This document shows positions 27,772-32,000 of a stretch of DNA of 32,000 nucleotides, piece by piece. The notes below the pieces were generated by a model. It made no database searches and was not told the DNA's origin. It saw nothing but the letters and a program-made list of their open reading frames with translations. Position 1 is the stretch's first letter, and every line of letters begins with the position of its first letter. Both the position numbers and the translations under genes were made by a program. The stretch lies in the sequence record NW_027117421.1, one strand, 5' to 3'.

Positions 27772-28577
27772 CTAGGGAGAAGAGATGGCATGACATGGTA
27801 TGGCATGAATATACATAAAAGAAAAATGAAGATATAGTCTGAACCATTTTGTAAAAAATGGAAATAAATAAATAAATAAATAAAATTTATGATAACAAGT
27901 TGAACAGGCTAATTTGCGCAAGAGTGTGCAAAATGAGTGCGCGGTTTGGCACCTCGATGTCGGCTTAACTTATCCTCATGGATGTAGAAACTATGTAGGG
28001 TAGGACTGTTCGTCCATTAAAAAGTTACATGAGCTGGGTTAAATACGTCGTGAGACAGTATGGTTTCTATCTTCTAGAGGGAATTAGAATATAATAAGGA
28101 ATAACCTATGTACGAAAGGAACTTGGTATATTAATTTATTAATATTGAAATAATAAAATTATTAATCTCTGGTTTACCTGTTGTTTATATGTCTTGTTTT
28201 TTCCTCTTACTTCTTCGGATAGTAAGGGATTTAAAGACTAACCTACTTTCACTTGAGTAGTTATGATAGTATAGGCACGGCAGGAAAGCTATGTTAGTCA
28301 AAGATAAGTGCTGAAAGCATATAGGCACGAAGCTTACCTTAAGATATTTCTTAAATATACGTAATATAACATTACAAACATAATCTTGCCTTAATAGGGC
28401 TAAATTATGAAGATAGGCTTTATTTGTAAGAATCTAGAGATTTTAAGGAATAAAGTACTAATTTTATAAGTAACTAAATATTTTATTTATATCATATATC
28501 ATTTATTGTGCTAAACGCATGATGCATCTTGTTGTTAATATATTGCCCTTATATCCCTTTATCCCTTTATCACTCTT

Positions 28578-28611
28578 CCCCTTTATCACTACTGCGTAGC
28601 AGATAAAGGGG
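28578..28611. repeat. CCCCTTTATCACTACTGCGTAGCAGATAAAGGGG hairpin repeat
   Basis: Flank CCCCTTTATC is complementary to GATAAAGGGG. Inner stem CTGC/GCAG. Confidence 0.85.
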
Positions 28612-28862
28612 ATCTGGGATATCCGGGGTATGAGGAATAAAGGGCTGCTTCGCAGAAGATTACCCTATTTATTGTAATTTTCTCAGGGTCTCCTTTATCC
28701 TTCCAGGATATAAAGTTTCAGCCACCAAAAGCTTAAAAAAATCTATTTTTTTTTTATTCAATTATCCCAGGGGAGATTAGAAACTCTTAAAACACAAAGG
28801 GGAGCAGGACAATATATTATAGTGTGAACAGGGTATTAAGAAAAAAGCTCGTAGAATACTGG

Positions 28863-28933
28863 GCCTGATTAGCATAAAAGTAATGTAATTGTTTTGTAAT
28901 CAATTGAAGCAAGTGCGATACTTGCATTGGGCT
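28863..28933 (+). tRNA. trnT: tRNA-Thr (anticodon UGU)
   Basis: Acceptor GCCTGAT/ATTGGGC (two G.U pairs), D arm GCAT/ATGT, loop TTTGTAA, T arm GCAAG-TGCGATA-CTTGC. Confidence 0.75.
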
Positions 28934-28987
28934 ATTATTTACTATAACTCTCTTTCCTTTATCTCTTTATCCCGGATATCACTCTTC

Positions 28988-29021
28988 CCTTGATATCACT
29001 ACTGCGTAGCAGATAAAAGGG
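28988..29021. repeat. Copy of the ACTACTGCGTAGCAGATAAA hairpin family
   Basis: Direct comparison. Confidence 0.85.
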
Positions 29022-29086
29022 ATCTGTGATAAAGTCGCAAGCTTTGCCTTCGCCACAGAAGGGATATGAGGGATATAAGAGTACTA

Positions 29087-29158
29087 GGATTAGTGGTCAA
29101 GTGGTACGACATGGCTCTTTCAATGCCAGAATCGCGGGTTCGATTCCCGTCTAATCTA
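29087..29158 (+). tRNA. trnE: tRNA-Glu (anticodon UUC)
   Basis: Acceptor GGATTAG/CTAATCT, loop CTTTCAA, T arm GCGGG-TTCGATT-CCCGT. Confidence 0.8.
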
Positions 29159-29382
29159 CCTAAACTTATAGTGTATCCTTATTGTTTTGCTTATTATACA
29201 TATCATAGCTTATTATTCGGATTTTATTTATTGATTGATTGATTGCTAAAAAATTTTTAGTGAGTATATTTAAACTATTATTTGTTTATTGTTTAATATT
29301 AATAATATTGATTAGTTAAAAGGTAGATAAGTCATTGTAAATAAAATTTATTAATTATAATTTCATATGTAATTATAATTAA

Positions 29383-29453
29383 TGTGGATTAGTGTAAAAG
29401 TAACATATTTGACTCATGATCAAATGATAGAGGTGCGAATCCTTTGTCCGCAT
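29383..29453 (+). tRNA. trnM: tRNA-Met (anticodon CAU), copy 1
   Basis: Acceptor TGTGGAT/GTCCGCA (two G.U pairs), anticodon stem TTTGA/TCAAA, loop CTCATGA, T arm AGAGG-TGCGAAT-CCTTT. Confidence 0.8.
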
Positions 29454-29518
29454 ACAGTATAATAAACAAGCTATAAAATAAAGCTCTGCCCTCCCTGATA
29501 TTACTGATCCCTCGTATC

Positions 29519-29552
29519 CCCTTATATCACTACTGCGTAGCAGATAAAGGGG
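29519..29552. repeat. Copy of the ACTACTGCGTAGCAGATAAAGGGG hairpin family
   Basis: Direct comparison. Confidence 0.85.
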
Positions 29553-29861
29553 AATAAGGGAAGCCTAATAAAAGGGAAAGGGGAAGATAAGAGGGCCGGT
29601 CTGTATTACTCTTTATTTTAACTATTATACTGTTTAATTTATTTAATGGGGAAAATCCGTATCCTACTTGCCTAATATCATTGAAGTGATAAAGAAGAGG
29701 CACTATAATTATTTGCTTTTCATGCCCTCATATCCTTACAAGATATGAGGGCAATAAGTTTAAAATAATTTATGTATATAATTTATTCACCGGATATCCG
29801 GGATATCCCTAGGGATATCCCGGATATCCCTAGGGATATCCGGGATATAGGAGGGGATCAG

Positions 29862-29934
29862 GAGGCTATAACTTAATTGGTAAAGTGAGTTGCTCATAAC
29901 AGCTTTTATAAGTGTTCAAGTCACTTTAGCCTTA
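29862..29934 (+). tRNA. trnM: tRNA-Met (anticodon CAU), copy 2
   Basis: Acceptor GAGGCTA/TAGCCTT, D arm ACTT/AAGT, anticodon stem AGTTG/CAGCT, loop CTCATAA, T arm AAGTG-TTCAAGT-CACTT. Confidence 0.85.
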
Positions 29935-30017
29935 ATCCGAGTGCTGGAATTGGTAGACAGTGCAAACTTAAGCTTTGTTGATGAATAATCGTGGACGTTC
30001 AAGTCGTCTCTCGGATA
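29935..30017 (+). tRNA. trnL: tRNA-Leu (anticodon UAA), directly abutting trnM
   Basis: Acceptor ATCCGAG/CTCGGAT, loop CTTAAGC, long variable arm, T arm GGACG-TTCAAGT-CGTCT. Confidence 0.85.
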
Positions 30018-30206
30018 AAAAAATTATTTTTACAATATCTTCCCCCCCTCTTAACCCTCTTATCTCTGATATTACGTAGTTTTGCCTTCGGCATTTAAGA
30101 GATATCCGGGGGTACACGGGGACAGGGTTAAATATAATTGCTATTAAAGCTAAAATTTAGTTTTATTTAATTTAAGTTATACATCGTTGTATTAAAAAAA
30201 AAGAAA

Positions 30207-30256
30207 GGGGGTATAGTTTAGTTGGTAAAACTGCAGGCCGATTTTTCATATTATTA
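30207..30256 (+). pseudogene. 5' half copy of trnA with no T arm or 3' acceptor
   Basis: GGGGGTATAGTTTAGTTGGTAAAACTG is identical to 30337-30363. Downstream it diverges and no cloverleaf can be completed. Confidence 0.75.
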
Positions 30257-30336
30257 AATCATCATAGCCGTTAAAATAAGCCAAAAATCTAGTTAATTAG
30301 GTTTTGGAGGTCAAGCTATCTTTTTTGAAGGATGGA

Positions 30337-30408
30337 GGGGGTATAGTTTAGTTGGTAAAACTGTAATTTTGCATATTATTGACTCAGGTTCGACTCCTGA
30401 TACCTCCA
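30337..30408 (+). tRNA. trnA: tRNA-Ala (anticodon UGC) with the G3:U70 pair
   Basis: Acceptor GGGGGTA/TACCTCC, anticodon stem GTAAT/ATTAT, loop TTTGCAT, T arm TCAGG-TTCGACT-CCTGA. Confidence 0.9.
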
Positions 30409-30813
30409 AAAGGTAAATTTCCTTGATATATTAGGGTAGTATAGTAATTTAGCAGACTATTATTTGTCCAAATTGTTCCAATTGTCTCTTCCCCCTCTTC
30501 CCCCCGTAGGGGGAAGAGGGGGGGATTAGAAACTATTTTTATGGTTATTAAGTTATTTATAATTACTTCCCCTTGATATCACTTTTTTCTTCCCCCTGCA
30601 CGTAGTGATATCAGGGGGATCCCGTAGGCATCATAAAAGGATCCCCCCAGATATCTGGGGGGGGATCCCGTAGGCATTATAAAGGGATTAGGTTGTAAGG
30701 TAAGGTAAGGTCAGATAATATATAAAAAGTCTAGTATTTTGCCTGATATCGCTGATATCGCTTTATCACTAGTGATAAAGCGATAAAGGCACAAAATATA
30801 ATTTTTAATATAA

Positions 30814-30886
30814 GCTTGAGAAGCTCAATTGGTTGAGCAGAGAATTGAAGCTTCTTTGGTTGTAGGTTCGAGTCCTATCTTAGGCA
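30814..30886 (+). tRNA. trnF: tRNA-Phe (anticodon GAA)
   Basis: Acceptor GCTTGAG/CTTAGGC (two G.U pairs), anticodon stem GAGAA/TTCTT, loop TTGAAGC, T arm GTAGG-TTCGAGT-CCTAT. Confidence 0.8.
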
Positions 30887-31340
30887 AAGGTAATGATGGG
30901 ATTGATAGACATATCCAAAATTATAGTTAACGATAATTATCCTTTTTTTATAAATATTGCCTTCTTATCCTTGATATCAAGGATAAGAAGGCAGCTTCGC
31001 AGAAAAGTTAAGTTTGTTGACAGGTGCAAAACCTAGTTAATCTTATGCTAAATACATTAATAATTAATAACGGTAAAGTTATATTTTCAACCCTTTATCC
31101 CTGCACGTAGTGATATCAAGGGGTCAGTTCCCCTCAGGAACTAGCTTATACTACCAGATATTTTAACTTGAATAAGGTTTTAAATTTATAATATTATAGT
31201 AATATTAAAATCTATAATATTACACCTAATATTACTTATTTTAATATATATACCCTTAAAGTAGATATCGTGCCCTTATATTGTTAGGAATAAAGGGCAA
31301 TAAAGATAATCGAAATAAAATAGGTATCTAAGTGTGAACT

Positions 31341-31420
31341 AACTTAATTTATGGTAAATGTTATGTAGGTTCATCTTCAGATTTGTACAATAGATTTAGA
31401 TATCAATTATCCCCCCAGGG
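31341..31420 (+). pseudogene. Relic of a GIY-YIG endonuclease N-terminus
   Basis: Translates NLIYGKCYVGSSSDLYNRFRYQLS, which fits the GIY...YVGSS...R pattern. Bounded by stop codons, about 30 codons in total. Confidence 0.5.
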
Positions 31421-31479
31421 ATTATAAAAAGAAATAAAAAACTACAATAGAACATTAATTGTATTCTATTTACATTAAA

Positions 31480-31563
31480 AAGGGTATGGTGGAATTGGTA
31501 GACATGGATAACTTAGGATTATCTGATCGTGAGATTGTGTAGGTTCAAGTCCTGCTACCCTTA
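31480..31563 (+). tRNA. trnL: tRNA-Leu (anticodon UAG)
   Basis: Acceptor AAGGGTA/TACCCTT, anticodon stem GATAA/TTATC, loop CTTAGGA, long variable arm, T arm GTAGG-TTCAAGT-CCTGC. Confidence 0.85.
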
Positions 31564-31806
31564 ATTCGACAAGAGCTAAACAATAAAGATTTGATGTAAA
31601 AATCATATCCGTTCAAGTCGGATTTACCTTATATGTTGTGGACTAATCCACCCACACTTTTTAGTGAATATGCTGCTATGCTAAAAACTGCTCTGCAGAA
31701 AGTAAAAATTCTTAGTGATGTAGTGAAAAGCTAGCCGCGGGGGCGGAACTTGTACCGCTCTTCAAGGGACAAGGTCCCTCGAAGGGTTTCTTTGTTGTTT
31801 TCTTTT

Positions 31807-31836
31807 CCCTCCTCCTCAATTAATTGAGGAGGAGGG
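31807..31836. repeat. CCCTCCTCCTCAATTAATTGAGGAGGAGGG palindrome core; imperfect arms extend to about 31789-31854
   Basis: Read directly. Fourth copy of the family. Confidence 0.85.
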
Positions 31837-32000
31837 AAGAAAAGAAAAACAAAGCCACTTCTTCCCTGATCTCGAAGGGGGGGTGAAGGGATCTAGTGAC
31901 TTAAACTTTATATCCTGAAAGGATAAAGGAGCCCAAGGGAATTAGAAATAAATAAAAATTATATATAAGAATTGGTTTAGGCGGCTAACAATTTATCTAA

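Larger units (their letters stand above)
25577..27902 (+). mobile_element. Group I intron in rnl at the CTAGGGAT|AACAGG (omega-type) site, hosting rps3
   Basis: Conserved peptidyl-transferase-region flanks. Follows T and ends in G. Contains the rps3 ORF, the arrangement typical of Pezizomycotina. Confidence 0.9.
20300..28475 (+). rRNA. rnl: Mitochondrial large-subunit rRNA, interrupted by three introns (both ends approximate)
   Basis: Many 23S-like blocks, for example GGCGAATTGAAATATCTTAGTA, AGTACCGTGAGGGAA, GATAGCTGGTTTTCTGCGAAA, GGGAAACAGCCCAGAAC, TTAGAAGCAGCCAT, CGACTGTTTAATTAAAACA, CTGCCCGGTGCCGG, GGTCCTAAGGTAGCGGAATACCTT, AGACGAGAAGACCCTATGCAGCTTTACTG, CTAGGGAT|AACAGGCTAAT, TTTGGCACCTCGATGTCGGCTT and GATAAGTGCTGAAAGCATAT. 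Confidence 0.9.

Noticed and set aside
31565-31640. tRNA-like stretch with T arm ATCCG-TTCAAGT-CGGAT after trnL(UAG)
   Set aside because: I could not build an acceptor stem or an anticodon stem with a 7-nt loop on either strand. It is probably another tRNA fragment, but the evidence is too weak to annotate.
25600-31900. CRISPR-like reading of the recurring palindromic repeats
   Set aside because: The repeats are heterogeneous in sequence, irregularly spaced and palindromic, and they sit in an organellar genome with no cas genes. They match fungal mitochondrial GC-cluster and palindrome behaviour, not CRISPR arrays.
1-32000. TGA codons shown as ORF ends throughout the six-frame track
   Set aside because: These are not real stops. 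Adjacent ORF pieces continue in the same frame with conserved protein sequence across each TGA (for example W in cox3 and nad6), and trnW has anticodon UCA. This indicates translation table 4.

Overview
This window reads as fungal (Pezizomycotina-like) mitochondrial DNA, with every supported gene on the + strand. The code is translation table 4: almost every long ORF in the track is split only at TGA, the pieces rejoin in frame, and a trnW with anticodon UCA is present. Gene order is: tRNA cluster (K, G, D, S-GCU, W, P, S-UGA), nad6 (3 exons), trnV, cox3 (6 exons totalling 810 nt spread over about 12 kb), an unassigned acidic ORF, trnI, trnR, rnl (about 8.2 kb, three introns, rps3 inside the last one), then a tRNA cluster (T, E, M, M, L-UAA, A, F, L-UAG). 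The region is saturated with selfish elements. There are about eight group I intron units with six LAGLIDADG ORFs and one GIY-YIG ORF. There are three group II introns, one with an RT-maturase-HNH ORF and two ORF-less. Several families of GC-rich palindromic clusters and tRNA gene fragments are also present. I see no sign of a bacterial-type defence or CRISPR system. The items most worth follow-up are: (1) a duplicated structured-RNA-like element with compensatory substitutions next to trnS; (2) an unassigned acidic repeat ORF overlapping the cox3 stop; (3) a GC-cluster family inserted in frame in three ORFs including rps3; (4) exon micro-duplication and back-to-back intron arrangements in cox3; (5) an ORF-less group II intron in nad6 that looks like a derivative of the RT-encoding cox3 intron; (6) a frame break in rps3. 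All coordinates come from reading and translating by eye. Exon/intron borders rest on protein or rRNA conservation recalled from memory plus splice-site rules, not on alignments or searches.
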